Positions 48,361 through 61,200 of a stretch of 64,000 bases of DNA are shown in pieces (within the stretch, counting starts at the first letter, position 1; each line of letters opens with the position of its first letter). Source of the stretch: Marsupella aquatica (Eukaryota > Plantae > Marchantiophyta); NCBI GenBank assembly GCA_973895155.1, contig OZ316891.1, positions 29,375,611-29,439,610 on the forward strand. The letters run 5' to 3'. Made by a program: the position numbers and the translations under genes. The notes under the pieces are model-generated. The model searched no databases, was not told the origin of the DNA, and saw only the letters and a list, made by a program, of their open reading frames with translations.

Positions 48361-49423
48361 GGGCTGCCCAGAAGTGTAGTATCGGCTTATCAAATTTTGA
48401 TGAAAAGTGTCAAGAGGAAACCAAGAGATTCAAGAAGAAGGTCGTTCAAGGAATTGAGGAGGAGGATTTGTCCCCCAACAAACGGGTGAAGGCTGACAAC
48501 TATAAGTAGTCTTAATAGTTTAATTGAATGTGCCTTGTGGATTGACTCTTGATTGACTCTCGATTGACATGGATTGTTTAATGCAGTAGGAGAGGCATCG
48601 ATTGTGAGTTGCATGTACTCCACGTTAGAAATGGAAGATGCAAGTCCCCCTGGTGGAAATAGAGGCAGCCCGGCAATCGTAACTCAAGATTTAAACCCTG
48701 CGCCAATCATGGATGTAGCTGATGGATTATGGTAATCAATAATGAGATGCTTGTTGTTGACAGTGCCACAACTGGTGGAAGCAGCGGAGATGGGCAAATG
48801 GACTTGTTTGGTGAGGATTTTGGCCTCAGACTGCGTTGATCAATACGATTGGGATGAGCATTTCCAGAAGTTGCAGCAAACCACATTTGTGGTCGTGAAT
48901 CCAGTGCAGGCACTATTCAGCAAAGTGCAATCACTGAACAATTGCACTTTTGATTAAGATTGGCAAGTTTGGTGACTAGTTAGTCAACACAGTACCAAAG
49001 GCATAGTTGATTGTAGCCATTTTCTATTTTCAATCTATAAAGAAACACCTACAATCTACTACTATAAAGAAACATGAATAGACAAAGAAAGGTGAAAACA
49101 TGGTCAGTAAGACCAAAAAACCAAAGGTTGGGATCATCTTCAAGTCATTTTAGCCAGGTACATAGAATGACATTGCTGGGTTGCAGACTAAATACATCTG
49201 CAACGAGTTGAGCTGCAGTGTATCATGTCTAAGTGCAGGCTCCCTAGTAGAAACCAAATACATTTGCAACAAGTCAAGTTTCAGTCTACCATGTCTAAGT
49301 GTTGGCTCCCCAAAAGACACCCCATGACTGTAGCTACAGTATCCATGGGATGCACTATGTTATAATGTATGGGATATCACTTATGCACTTCTTCATATGT
49401 GCATGGTTGCACTACCCAGTGAC

Positions 49424-49771
49424 CGTTAGATATTGCTCTAGTCTTGTGACTCATGAGCTAACCACAGTTAGTCTAACTTGGGTTTGGACTTAGCTAATGT
49501 TAGCGGTAGTGCTGTTGTGTATTTAGCCAGAGCTGATGCCAGACCCCAGGTGGTGGAACTTAGGCTCATTGTTACGGAGCTAGTTGAGAGATAGGGAGAG
49601 CTTGTGCTGTGGATGCTTGGTATGGCTGGTCAGCCTAGAGTGCAGTAAAGCTCTTGTGTGTTCCCGTGGACGTAGCCTCATGTGGAGGTGAACCATGTAT
49701 CTCTCTGTGTCGACTTTTGTGCATTGGATGGTTCATGGGCTTGCCGTTACAATTGTCGTCTATGCTCAACA
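49424..49771 (+). mobile_element. Copia-type solo LTR related to 16933-17234
   Basis: Shares tagtcttgtgactcat and gtggacgtagcc...ggtgaac. Termini (C)GTT...AACA. Flanks ccagtgac / ccagtgat. Confidence 0.6.
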
Positions 49772-50430
49772 CCAGTGATCGCATGGGAAATTGTTTATAC
49801 ACTACTCATATGTGTTGTCAGGCCACACACATAGGAATCATCATACTCGAAGCCCTCATACTGCACAATTCAACTGGATAAGTGCATGAAACTACTTTAT
49901 TTAATTATATGTTGCACTTATTAGTAAATGTTTTTATAATGTTGCAGTACCTGATAATGCATATGATCATTTACATATGGAAATGCACTTATGTATTTTT
50001 CATATAGTGAGGGCAGACATGCAAAATGCAAATGCATAGGAAATTGCTGTATTATTAGGGGACCACATGGTTTCCATGCACTTAACTAGGGAATGCACTT
50101 ATACATCATGAACTGTATTTTGCTTTATATTAAGCCATTCTACATACATGCCTTCCCTCCACTCTCTTACTTTGCCTTCCCTCTACTCTCTTGCTTTGCT
50201 TCCAACTAGCCCCATGACCCTTTCCTTGAACATAAACACATATGAATAAAAATCTTGCACAAGACAATTTATATATGCTATTTTGGTTAGTCTTTGACCC
50301 ATCCTTTTCTTTGTCCATACTCATTTCAGTTTTATCTTTATTTAGAATCAATATTATTTTTGTCCATACTCATTTAAAATTTTGACCTTATTGAACCTCA
50401 TTATGTCATTATCAGTTTTGTCATTATTGG

Positions 50431-51443
50431 GAGTTATGGTCTACAGGCTTCACTCTAGACCAGGCCCTTAAGAGTAGGCTTTAGTTAGCGCTTTTATAGT
50501 AAGATTGAAGACACTTTACTTAGTCCATGTCGAAAGCAAAGGTACGGTCTATAGGCTTCACTCTAGACCTAGGCCCTTAAGAGTAGGCTTTAGTTAGCGC
50601 TTTTATGGTAAGATTGAAGCCACTTTACTTAGTCCATGCCGAAGGCAATGGAATAGGCTTTGCTCTAAACCTAGGCCCTTATGAGTAGGCTTTAGTTTGC
50701 GCTTTTATGGTAAGATTGAAGCCACTTTACTTAGTCCATGCCGAAGGCAATGGATTGAGCTGTAGTGGGTATGAAAATGCTAATGGTGGTCTATAGGCTT
50801 CACTCTAGACCTAGGCCCTTAAGAGTATGCTTTAGTTGGCACTTTTATGGTAAGATTGAAGCCACTTTACTTAGTCCATGCCGAAGGCAATGGAATAGGC
50901 TTTGCTCTAAACCTAGGCCCTTAAGAGTAGGCTTTAGTTTGCACTTTTATGGTAAGATTGAAGCCACTTTACTTAGTCCATGCCGAAGGCAATGGAATAG
51001 GCTTTGCTCTAAACCTAGGCCCTTAAGAGTAGGCTTTAGTTTGCACTTTTATGGTAAGATTGAAGCCACTTTACTTAGTCCATGCCGAAGGCAATGGATT
51101 GAGCTGTAGTCGGTATGAAAATGCTAATGGTATTACACAAACTATCAACTCATGAATGCACTTGAATGTGGGGAATGCCAGTAATAGTCACCTCGAGAAC
51201 TGTCAATCAATTTGGCAATTAGAGTCGCCAATAGAAGATATAGAACATAGATAGATGGTCACTAACTGTGCATCCTTGCCCAACTCATGGGGGCCATGCG
51301 TGATGGACACCTGTTTTACTGTAATTGCACTCAGTCCTGTTTTTGTACTCAAATTCGGTTTAGAAGGTGGAATCTTACTAATAAAGCGCGGCAACCTACT
51401 TTCACAAGCTAGGGTCTAGAGTGAAACCTCTAGACCATAACTC
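50431..51443. mobile_element. TIR element (Mutator-like) containing a six-unit ~102-bp tandem array
   Basis: ~31-bp TIRs gagttatggtctacaggcttcactctagacc / ggtctagagtgaaacctctagaccataactc. The array at 50440-51130 is organised as two blocks of three units, each followed by a ttgagctgtagt.ggtatgaaaatgctaatggt tail. No clean TSD. Confidence 0.75.
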
Positions 51444-53183
51444 TATGGTCATCATGTGCATGGAAAAACTATGATGTATGGACATGTCAGTTTTATATGA
51501 TAATTGTTAAATATTTATATTCAAAATATATAGGTAATATGTCCCCACAACAACATATGTGCATAGAACATGGATGTGCATATATAAAAAGCTTGATGCA
51601 CATCAAGAAGAATGATATATTATATATGACTATTAAAATATTAGATTTTTTTTTTAATCATTTCATTAATCTTCAAATAATATGAATAAAAAATATATTT
51701 TGATAATTCTTTTATTGTCCTCTCCGCTATTCACGTTCAAAGAACAGGTAGTCAGGGCTAGTCTCTCCTCTCAATGAACTCATTTTAGTGCCACACCACT
51801 ACATTTCCTCTAGGTATAGTGTTACACAGGTAGATAGCTACGAGGTGACAATATTGAGCAAAAATTGGGTATTCACAATCTCTCTGATATGCATTGTTAC
51901 ATCAGTGTCCAGAGTATTGATACTTGGATGAGGAAAACTGGACAAGTATCAATGTGTTATGCAACGTAAATCTGTCATCTTTGACATCTCAGTCTTCCAA
52001 TGTTTAAAAAACACAGGACCTTGACTGTGTATATCTAAACCAGAGTTTGGGATGTTAGACAAGGCCTTCATGTATCTCCAGATGGAGAAGAAGACGGAAG
52101 GCTTGGCCTAGCTAGTGAATCGGGCTCGTTCCTATCATGTACTTGGTTCAAGATCAATTCCTCCATGACAGAGTCCACACTGGTGACACTTTGGTGCGCA
52201 GAACAAGAGACACTCTCAGGCGTACTTCTGCTTGCTAGAGCAACAGTTTTTGAAAAGGAGCTTTGAGTCTAACTTTGATATACTTCATGTCGAATGTACT
52301 TGGAAGATATGAACATTCCAAAAAGAGTGCATCCAGCATCAAACGCACTCCCACCACGGTGACCTTTATTTCTTACAATGATGAAGTCCCTTCGGCACAA
52401 TCCTTCTTTGAACATTCCAGAAAAAAACAGAAAATTATCTTACATCCCTAATGGTGAATCACTGCCCCCGATTCAGACCCACTTCAACCAGAGGTCTTGA
52501 TGGATGGTAGAAAAAATGGATTAACTAGCCGACCTGGATCTTCTCATCCCAATTATATGGTTCTCTTCAAAACTAAGTGGGCAACGGCACTGGAAAGAAC
52601 ACCTTGCACAAAATCAGGGTACTAACTTTCTTTTCAAGCTAAACAAGGGCTGCCACAGCGAGATACTTCAGAAGCTGGCCCAAAGAAGTGACCGAGTCTC
52701 TTCCTTGTCGGGCGTCAGTAATTGATGGACGCTCAACGAAAAGGAATTATAGAACGAGACAGACTAATGGGGCACAAAAATGGGACTGCAGAGAAGTAAC
52801 GACCCTAATGCAGTAGGGAATCACGAGGCAGATACTTCAAACCAGCTACCGGAACTGACTATGTGTCTGCATTGATTTACATGACTAACCGGCAGCTTAA
52901 GTGCCACTCGCCATTGCAGAAAAGAATTCTTCTTACAGGGTCTACTGATCGTAAAACTGGAGGGCCGCTTCTCACTCATCACAACCTCCTGTGTTCGCCA
53001 ATACTGATGAAGCCCACTCAACCGTCGACGACATACAGTGCTGGTTCAAGGCCCTTCCTTCTATCCAAGGCCATCGCATGCAAACCTTTGGGCAAAGTCT
53101 CACAGTTAATGTCGTCGCTGTACGCCCCTGACCTGCTTCGCCAAACCGGATTCAGAACCGAACGACATACTGGGCAGGGCGAG

Positions 53184-54716
53184 TTAAGACCCACTCGCAT
53201 TCGGTGACGACCATCTAAAGAAGGTGCAAGCAACAAAAGAACTGCCAGCAACTATGGCGAGTCTAGCCTTCGCCAACGGAGACCTAGCATGTGGAGCTCC
53301 TTCTCTGCGGGCCGCCCTATTCGGCCCTCCTGCTTGCTCAGGGTTAACAGGAATCTCGGGGGACGGTGATGGCACACCAGTATCCAGAGTCACCATGAGA
53401 GATTCCCGGTTGTTCTGTAGCCAGTCCACACTAGCGAGGGTCACCCTCGTGCACTTCTTGATTTTTATTTTAACCAAATTGGGACAAGCACTGGCTAGCA
53501 CCTCCATTCCTTGGTCGGAAATGGGGCAACTCTTGATGCAGAGCTTCTTGAGCGATTGGCACTTTGTAGCGATGCATGTAAGTTCTGGATCTCCAAAGGT
53601 CTCGCTGTTACAAAGAGCCAAACGCTCAAGACCATTGCAATTAGTCGCAAGTGGACTCAGACTCGTCATAGTTGCATTTAGCCCAATCAGCACGAGCTCC
53701 TGTAACTCCTTACATGCCCTTGCTACGGAGAGAAGCCCTTCGTCACCCACACGACTGGCTTTCCACCCATCTACATGAAGCTTTTTCAGCCGCCTGCAAC
53801 CTGTCGCCACAGCTGAGAGACCGACGTTCGTGCATTCAGGAGCTTTAACAACGTACAGAACCTCCAAACTTTCGCAACGGGCCACGGCCTGTAGACCTCG
53901 GTCGCTCAGCTGCAGCTTCTCCATGTGAAGCTCGACCAGCTCCGGTACCTGTTCGGTAATTATTTCCAGAAGCTTGTCCCAGTTGCCGGAGTTCTTGGAG
54001 AGCATTAAGGTGTGGAGGTGTTTCGAGCCAGCGATGAGAGGCCCAAAGAGCTGAGCATTGTAAAGCTCTTTCAAGCAAAGCCGCCTGATTCGACCACAGC
54101 CAGGAAGTATCAGTTCCGGAGGCCCCTCGAACAGGCCCTTCAGTCTCTTCACAGTTAGATCTTCTAGGTTCGAACAATGTTGTAAGATGGAGTTTAATCC
54201 TCGGGCTCCGAAGCCACATTTGCCACAAGAAATCTTCTTCAGAGGGCCACATAACCTAGCGAATCGTTCCATTCCATCGTCCGTGAGCTTATTACACCCT
54301 TTCAATTTCAACTTCTTTAACTGTTTGCAGTTCCTGCCGACCAGAATTAGGGCCTTGTCATCTATGCTGGACAGTTTATTATCGCACTTTAAAGCAAGCT
54401 TGGTCACGTGCTCGAAGCGTGTCAATATCGTGGGAAGAGCCTTCATGAGGTCGGCCTGCGCTAAGAGTGATAGACGCTGTCGTCCCTGGCCCTCCACCCA
54501 GTGCCATCGCTTGCATACAAGTGAACATGACTTCCTCTCCAAGGAGCTCAATTTTTGGAAGATACTTGCCAAGCATTCGTCCGGGAGCTGCTGAGAAAAA
54601 TCCTTTCCAGGTAGCTGTTGATGCTGTACCTGTTTACTGCTCTTATCTCCTCCTTCTCCCAAACCTACATCGTCTTGCCCCACCGCACAAGCGACGGAGG
54701 AAGCACCCTGACCCAT
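53184..54716 (-). CDS. F-box/LRR protein of the VFB/SKIP2 family, 510 aa, single exon
   Basis: N-terminal MGQGAS. F-box LPDECLASIFQKL...CSLVCKRW. LRRs include RFEHVTKLALKCD, LCLKELYNAQLFGPLIAGSK, LHVDGWKASRVGDEGL and LCIKSCPISDQG. Confidence 0.95.
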   Translation of the reverse strand: MGQGASSVACAVGQDDVGLGEGGDKSSKQVQHQQLPGKDFSQQLPDECLASIFQKLSSLERKSCSLVCKRWHWVEGQGRQRLSLLAQADLMKALPTILTRFEHVTKLALKCDNKLSSIDDKALILVGRNCKQLKKLKLKGCNKLTDDGMERFARLCGPLKKISCGKCGFGARGLNSILQHCSNLEDLTVKRLKGLFEGPPELILPGCGRIRRLCLKELYNAQLFGPLIAGSKHLHTLMLSKNSGNWDKLLEIITEQVPELVELHMEKLQLSDRGLQAVARCESLEVLYVVKAPECTNVGLSAVATGCRRLKKLHVDGWKASRVGDEGLLSVARACKELQELVLIGLNATMTSLSPLATNCNGLERLALCNSETFGDPELTCIATKCQSLKKLCIKSCPISDQGMEVLASACPNLVKIKIKKCTRVTLASVDWLQNNRESLMVTLDTGVPSPSPEIPVNPEQAGGPNRAARREGAPHARSPLAKARLAIVAGSSFVACTFFRWSSPNASGS

Positions 54717-55738
54717 AGACTGGACCTACCTCCTCCCTCCAGGGATCTACACAGACGGCGTTATCGCACCGCAGAAGCTTTTCGCAAACAAATGAACATA
54801 TGGAATGACAATTGCAACCAGCCGGCCGGCCGAACCCTTCTAGCCAAACAGTGACTGTCGACTCAGTTTCTCGTACGGTGAAGCCGGCAACGACTACATG
54901 CGCATTCCACCTAGAGAGGGAACAGAGCCGTGCCACCCAAGGCAACCCCCAAAAGATAGATCCTAGGGAGATGGAGATACAATCAGATTCAAGGGCCAGC
55001 CAAACCACACGACAAGTCGGACTCAAACCCCTGCACAAACTGAACGGATCTAACTACATGGACAAGACATCTTCCCTCTTCCCGCTGCTATGTTGATGCT
55101 GCCTTTGTGCCTCTGCTCTTCCAACGCAAGAACAATAAGAAGTCCGGCCACATTCGGAAATACTAGGGGCACCAACTGCACTCTGTACGAAGGAGTCGTT
55201 CCTTTGATTTACTCCTGCATTCCTCAGAATCCCTACATCCTGCATCCATCAGAAGCGGGGTCCGTTCACCACATGTCGTCCAACATGATCTAGTCTACTA
55301 TCCGGTCGTACCTCTTCTCCAGCCCAAGAGCTCCCTCTTCGTTCGCTAGATCCTCCTATTCTAATCCTGGTGTAGTCGTGTCTTATGCAGCGGTAAAGAA
55401 ACTCCAGAGCTACTAATAACCGCACAGCACTCGAGTCTCAGGCTCCTCGTCGTCCGCTACATAGCAAAACCACTTCTGTGCTTGCCCTTCCAAGAAAGAA
55501 CGCACAACCCCATCCCTGCAACTGGAAGGAATGACCTAACCATCAACAGCATGTTCCCACTGGCATGGCACCGCGTCACAACGGAAGTTAGGGAAGAAGC
55601 CGAGCGAACCATTCCCAAGTTGCAATATCCCCCTCAAACAACTATCAACAATAGAACGCCCGAGTCACGGATCCCACCCATTTGTCGATCTGTCGAAGCT
55701 GTACCACCGTTCTTCGCTCGTCCCCGATCCGGCGATCC

Positions 55739-55761
55739 CTCTCTCTCTCTCTCTCTCTCTC
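55739..55761. repeat. (CT)n microsatellite upstream of the F-box gene
   Basis: Read directly; a second (CT)n tract is at about 56374-56395. Confidence 0.9.
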
Positions 55762-56961
55762 CCCCTTTCTGTGCCCGTGCGAGCTTCAAAACTTCACTGG
55801 CGTCGTCAGTCCGGCTAGTGGATTCGTCACTCCATCTTTCTTGGTGACTGCGTCACTACTCTCTCTCGCCGTGTCAGATTAGGGATCAGACTATCAGAGG
55901 GCGAGTGGCTCAGTGGCGCGTACCGTGTAATTATTACAGAATAGCTTTTTCTTCGTTCGAGGAGGATCGGCGAAGCGACAAAGAAGTCGTAGCAGAAGCC
56001 CTCCCCTGCAAGACGGTGAAGCTAAAGTAGCATCACTGGTTGTACCCTATGAGGTATGACCTGGGACTCTCCACCACCCCCACGAAGCCCTCAAAGTAAG
56101 GTCGCTCGCGAGCAGGTCCCCAAGAATGTAGCAGCAAATTTTTGAGAGCTCTACCCACTCCTACATGGAAGTCACTAAGTCATGGTGGTGGAGCAGAAAT
56201 GCGGGCCGGCAGCACACTAGGTCCACCGAGTTTCCCGCTCCACCCGGAACGAGTCTCGCCAACAGCGAAGTGATTGAAATTCGTTCAAGATTCAGCGCAA
56301 GCGGAGCAGGAGAAGAGCACGCAAGCGGCAAGCTGGTGCCACAAAGCGACGGGCCACAAATTTCTCGCTTGATCTCTCTCTCTCTCTCTCTGTCTCTGCT
56401 CCTTCCTTCCTATTCTGGGCCGAATGAATGCCTTCGGCCTCTGCTTCCTGGGCTGCTCGAAATCAATATTCTGCCCTCGTGTCCTCTGGCGTGCGCATTC
56501 CTGTCGACTCCACCGCACTCACTGGCGAAGCAGATCTGTGCAAATCCTCGAGAAGTACACTAGAGGGTGTCAATCAAAACTGTCAATGTTGAACCGCCAC
56601 TGTCATGTCACACACAGGAATTTTTCTATGTTTTGTCCACTTCTTCTGTTTTGTCCTCTTCTCTGGTTTTTGTTCAGTTTTTCCACCCTTTGCTGAGAAC
56701 ATTATTGAATGAGGACAAAACTTACAGTAGTTCCATTTCTAAATTTTCTATACTTTGTGAAGTACATTTATTGACTAATTATGAGGACAATATTTTGTTC
56801 ATCTTCTAAACTTCTATAGTTTGCTAAGGACATTTTTGACTAATTATGGCAGCTAGGACTAGGACTAGTATCTGCCAGATTTTGCTAGGGAGGAGAGTAG
56901 GTACTGGATTTTGTTTTTAGGGGCAGGGGTGGTTGAATAACAGTGGGTACTGGATTTTGTT

Positions 56962-57126
56962 GAAGTATTTGTTTGATGGGACCCCAATATGAAAAGTTTT
57001 ACTTGATAGGACCAGGACCCCTGAGTGATCCGGAGGGTTGATTCACCTTGAATTAGGATACCTATAATTTTAGGGGTTCTATCAAGTATAATTTTTCATT
57101 TTGGGGTCTTATCAAGCAAATACCTC
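56962..57126. mobile_element. Mutator-like MITE, family M1 copy 2, in opposite orientation
   Basis: TIRs gaagtatttgtttgatgggacccca / tggggtcttatcaagcaaatacctc. Internal tgagtgatcc is the reverse complement of ggatcactca in copy 1. Confidence 0.8.
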
Positions 57127-58074
57127 CAATTTGCTTCAGAGACAGAGGTGCTTCAAGCACGGAAAATATTTTGTGGGCGAGTCTTGTTTGCCGAGTAATG
57201 ATCCCATGGGCTATTCAAGCATACAGACAGGTCAAGAGGGGATCAAGAATTTTTGGGGCCCGTTATGAGTCTAGACGGGCCCTTATTTGCAAGAGAGTGT
57301 TTGCATTGTCGCAAAAACTCTCCCTGAAACTCTTGTGGGCTGCAGGAAAATTCTATAGACAACTCTTGCGGGGCAGGGCTTTGGTGACCCATTTGCTTCC
57401 CACCCGCATCCTGTCCAAACCTACTGAGAAAAGTCAGTAGTCAGGTGCTGGCAATATCTTTGACACGACCTAGTCTTAAATTGTCCCATGATGCGCTTCT
57501 TGACCTAATTACAACTTAAGTGCCTATCTCCTAGCTTTCTAAAGTTGTCAACCTGCCTGGCTGTTCCAGATGCAAACTCATTTAGTCTTGCACTTATAGA
57601 TTAAAAGTACCCTTTGAGTGGAAGTGCAGAAGAATGTGCACTTATAGGCTTATTGATATTTTGTTATAAGTGCAGATACTTTTGCACAAGATGGCCAGTA
57701 CTCAGCAAATTTGATGATTTAGTGCAGCACAATAATCTATGGAAACATGTCCTGCACTTATCAACAAAGGCATTCATTATCCCTTATGTAGTTGTGAACT
57801 ATTGCAATATACACTTATACAGGTTTACGACTTATCCACTGGGGAAGCACTAGTTGGCCTGCAGTTAACCTAGAAAGCACTTATGGACAGTGCACTTAGA
57901 CAATGATGACTGAATTCCATCAGCCTCAAGTGAATTGTCACCCTTGTCCTGCTTTGGCCCACAATTCCACTTTAGGATAGAGTCAAACTCACTTCAACAG
58001 GCCCCCCAGTAATGCATTGCATCTGCTTGGGGCCACCCTAATTGCAGAGTGGGTATGCCGGCTTCTTTAAACAA

Positions 58075-58233
58075 GGCATGTCAAACAGGGCCGTAAGTGA
58101 GATACGGCCAAGGACATTAACTGGTCTTATGGCGGTGACAAAAACCTTACGGCCTACATATGTACTTGCCCCTAAGGATAAGATGTCCAAAAGTCATGGC
58201 CATAAGACTCTCATGGCAATGCTTTGACACTCT
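58075..58233 (+). mobile_element. Tourist-like MITE, related to 17792-17957
   Basis: gcatgtcaaacagggcc...aaagtcatggccataaga...caatgctttgacactctc. Confidence 0.5.
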
Positions 58234-61200
58234 CTAATGTGTAAGGTAAAGTTATCGAGGGAGAGAGTTGTCTAAAATGAATTCCCAAGGGCTTTTATTT
58301 GGACAATCCTGACACATGAGGACTTTTTAAATTGCAATAATTCAGCAATGAAAGAGTGAAATTAAAGTATTTTTTCTACTTCAATCTTCATGGGGAAACT
58401 TTGATTCTTGTAGTGCTAGTGCACATAGCAACACTCACAACAATTTTGAATGATTACAGATATGTGACAAATGTTATGAAACATCTAAAGTTATACCTGC
58501 AAAAAACTTGAGTTGGAGATGTGTACTTTGAGTTATCAGTTTCACTCTATTACATTTGTTATTTGTAGAGAGTGCCTGGAGCTAGGCTTTTGGATGTCTA
58601 GCATTCACTGCTGTGACTTTGGTTGAAGCTTCAAGAAAATGCATCTACTACCATAATGCCCTATTCTGCCAAAAACTCCATTGTCAGATTACAAAACAGT
58701 GGGAACCAATCCTGGCCCATCATCAAAAAAATAATCTGGCACCTTCAGATGCATCCATACATCCCCTCTATCTCAATTGCCTCTGGTCAAGCTGCCCACA
58801 GCCTCGCACCTGCCCAATTGAAAAAGTTAATTAAAAATAAAGATGGAGTATAAATAAATTACAGAAAATATTTTTTCTTGAAAACTTAAATGACAGGAGG
58901 AAAAATGAACAAAATATATTCCTTCCTGTCATGTGCTTGTGCTTGGACTCTGGGATGCAATGGTCCCTACCTTGTGTCCCTCCACTCTCACATTTGCCCT
59001 CCCCCATCACAACATATTCATGTGACCAACCACATTTTTGCCTTGCCTCTACATCTTTGTCTCACCTCAATATCTTTACCGTGCCTAGACATGACTAACA
59101 CTTGGGCTAGTATATCAATAAATAGAAATGGCTTTACAAGTGTCTCTTCTCCATTGAGTCTGTACTGTACTAAAAAAACAATTTTGTCAGCCTATCGAAA
59201 GTATAGCATGACCTCATTTTGCTATATGCTTATACAAGTAGGGGTGCTTTTACCAGAAGTCCGGCCCATTGTCTTCTTTTTATTCCCTGCATGATTAAAT
59301 CTGGACCATATAATGAGTGAAAACTATTGTGGTTTGCTTTACAAGACTTGGGGGTCATTTAGGTATGGTGTCTATCAATTCTACATGGCAAGGAATGGGC
59401 CCAGTAGTGCTTATTTTGTCTAGACCATCTCCACTGGTGGGCCAAAGTTCAAACACTAGCAAACTTTTGCTCCTTCACTCAAGGGATTTGCATCATGTCA
59501 AAAGATTTTTGGCCTGCACTCTACTCTTCAGAAGAAAAAGTGTCCCTCTAGCGTGCTTTGGTGAAAAAAGGTCACAAGTGCACCTAAATTCTTGTAAAGC
59601 TACCCTAATCATGAGTGGGTCAGCAAAACATGGAAACCAGATAAACTATACATTAAAAATCTCTTTGCCATACCTATATGAAATCTGTTTAGATTTCTGT
59701 TGCCCATAGGTCTTCTTTATGATATACTCTTACACCTCGTCCTTGCACACATGTTAAGCCTATACCTCCAGCTAAAACCTGCGTCTAAAAACAGTACAGA
59801 TTTCTGTAAAAACTCACCCCAAAAAAAATAGTTTTAGGGTACGAGGGTCCTGCAACGGGAAGTATTGTTTCACCCCTGTACATCTATTGTTCACCTAGGC
59901 AATGAAGGGATGTTTTGGTGGCAGCTGTGGTTTAATTAATAAGAACCACCGCCGCCCCCCCCCCCCCCCCCCACCACCACCCCAGTCTTCACCTTACCTT
60001 TCCAACTGGTCCACTCCAGTGGTCCTTCCTCTACACACCCCCTCTTCTTATTCTTATTCTTTACCTTTTCCATCCCTTTCTTTCTCCAGCCTTATGTTCA
60101 TCACATCAAAGCCCATCACATGATGGTAAGGAGAGCGAAATGAACATCCCTTGCATATAAAATTCCTGAAAATTAGCTAAAGAAAATGCTTGCATCATTC
60201 AAGAAGATACACCCATGAAGGCTACAGGACTTCATAATTTGTTCAAGGGTCCTACAGTGTTCAGGGGCCAGAATCATCCACTACTTTTCACTTGCAACCC
60301 ATCATGTGATTTTCCTAGAATCCTAGAGTGGTCCCTTCATGTGATTTTGGTGTGGAATCTTATTATTAAATCATGAACAGAAGCTAGAGTTGGGACTTAG
60401 GCTTTTAAAGTGCAGTCTCTAGATCGTGACTCTAGGGCCCCACCAAATGCAGATGGAAAGAACAAAGAATCATTATTCCTAAAACATTCAAAACATGGAC
60501 ATTCATGCCAGTGAAAAGAAAATCTCAGTTTATCTTGTACTTTCCCTACTATACCTATGGGGTGGATTTCAAAATACTATTGCAGTACGTGGATGAATTG
60601 ATTTGGAGATTCACAATGGCTTATCTTTGGCAATGTGATACGTATAAACTTTTCTATAACAATGTGTTTTAGGGCCATTGAAAATTTTCTTAAGGTATTT
60701 GAATTTGTTTACCAGGATTTACAGTACTACGAATATTTATATGCATCCCTCTGCAATACCAAAGATGGCAATAGATCTAATGTACTTGTATGGGATGGGT
60801 GATGTTCTAACAGAAATTTCCAATTTTTTGTGTGGTGGTTTCATGGAACAAAATTTCTTCCAAATGGTAAAAGTTTGGAAGAGGCACATTTTGGTGGTAA
60901 GGGCAAGATTTACTAAGCCACCCTTGGGTGAAGTTAATAACAAGTTCTGATGAATCTAAACCTTTTTCTCTCCCTCATCCCCAAACAAGTTGAATTTTAC
61001 TAATGTGTTCCCAAAACTAATTTAATTATCAAGTTGCACCCAATTTTGTACATGGATTAGACTTAAACTCTACTACATTAACCTGAGAATGCACAAGGGT
61101 TGTTCATGGACACATGGAGGCTCATGATTTACCCATGCTAATTCCCCGGATGGGAGACTTTTGTATACAATTGTCAGTATTTTAAGTATTGCCTGACTAT

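Larger units (their letters stand above)
49055..51761 (+). mobile_element. Putative non-autonomous Helitron hosting nested elements
   Basis: 5' end A|TCTACTACTATAAAG. 3' end has a degenerate hairpin cacgttcaaagaacagg followed by CTAG|T at 51758-51762. The body is AT-rich. Confidence 0.5.

Noticed and set aside
50765-51109. 114-aa repetitive ORF
   Set aside because: Translation of the 102-bp tandem array inside a TIR element.
53224-54594. Plus-strand ORFs of 184 and 135 aa
   Set aside because: Antisense shadows of the F-box CDS.
58560-59600. Possible transposase or recombinase remnant
   Set aside because: Only scattered short protein-like words, with no ordered motif set.
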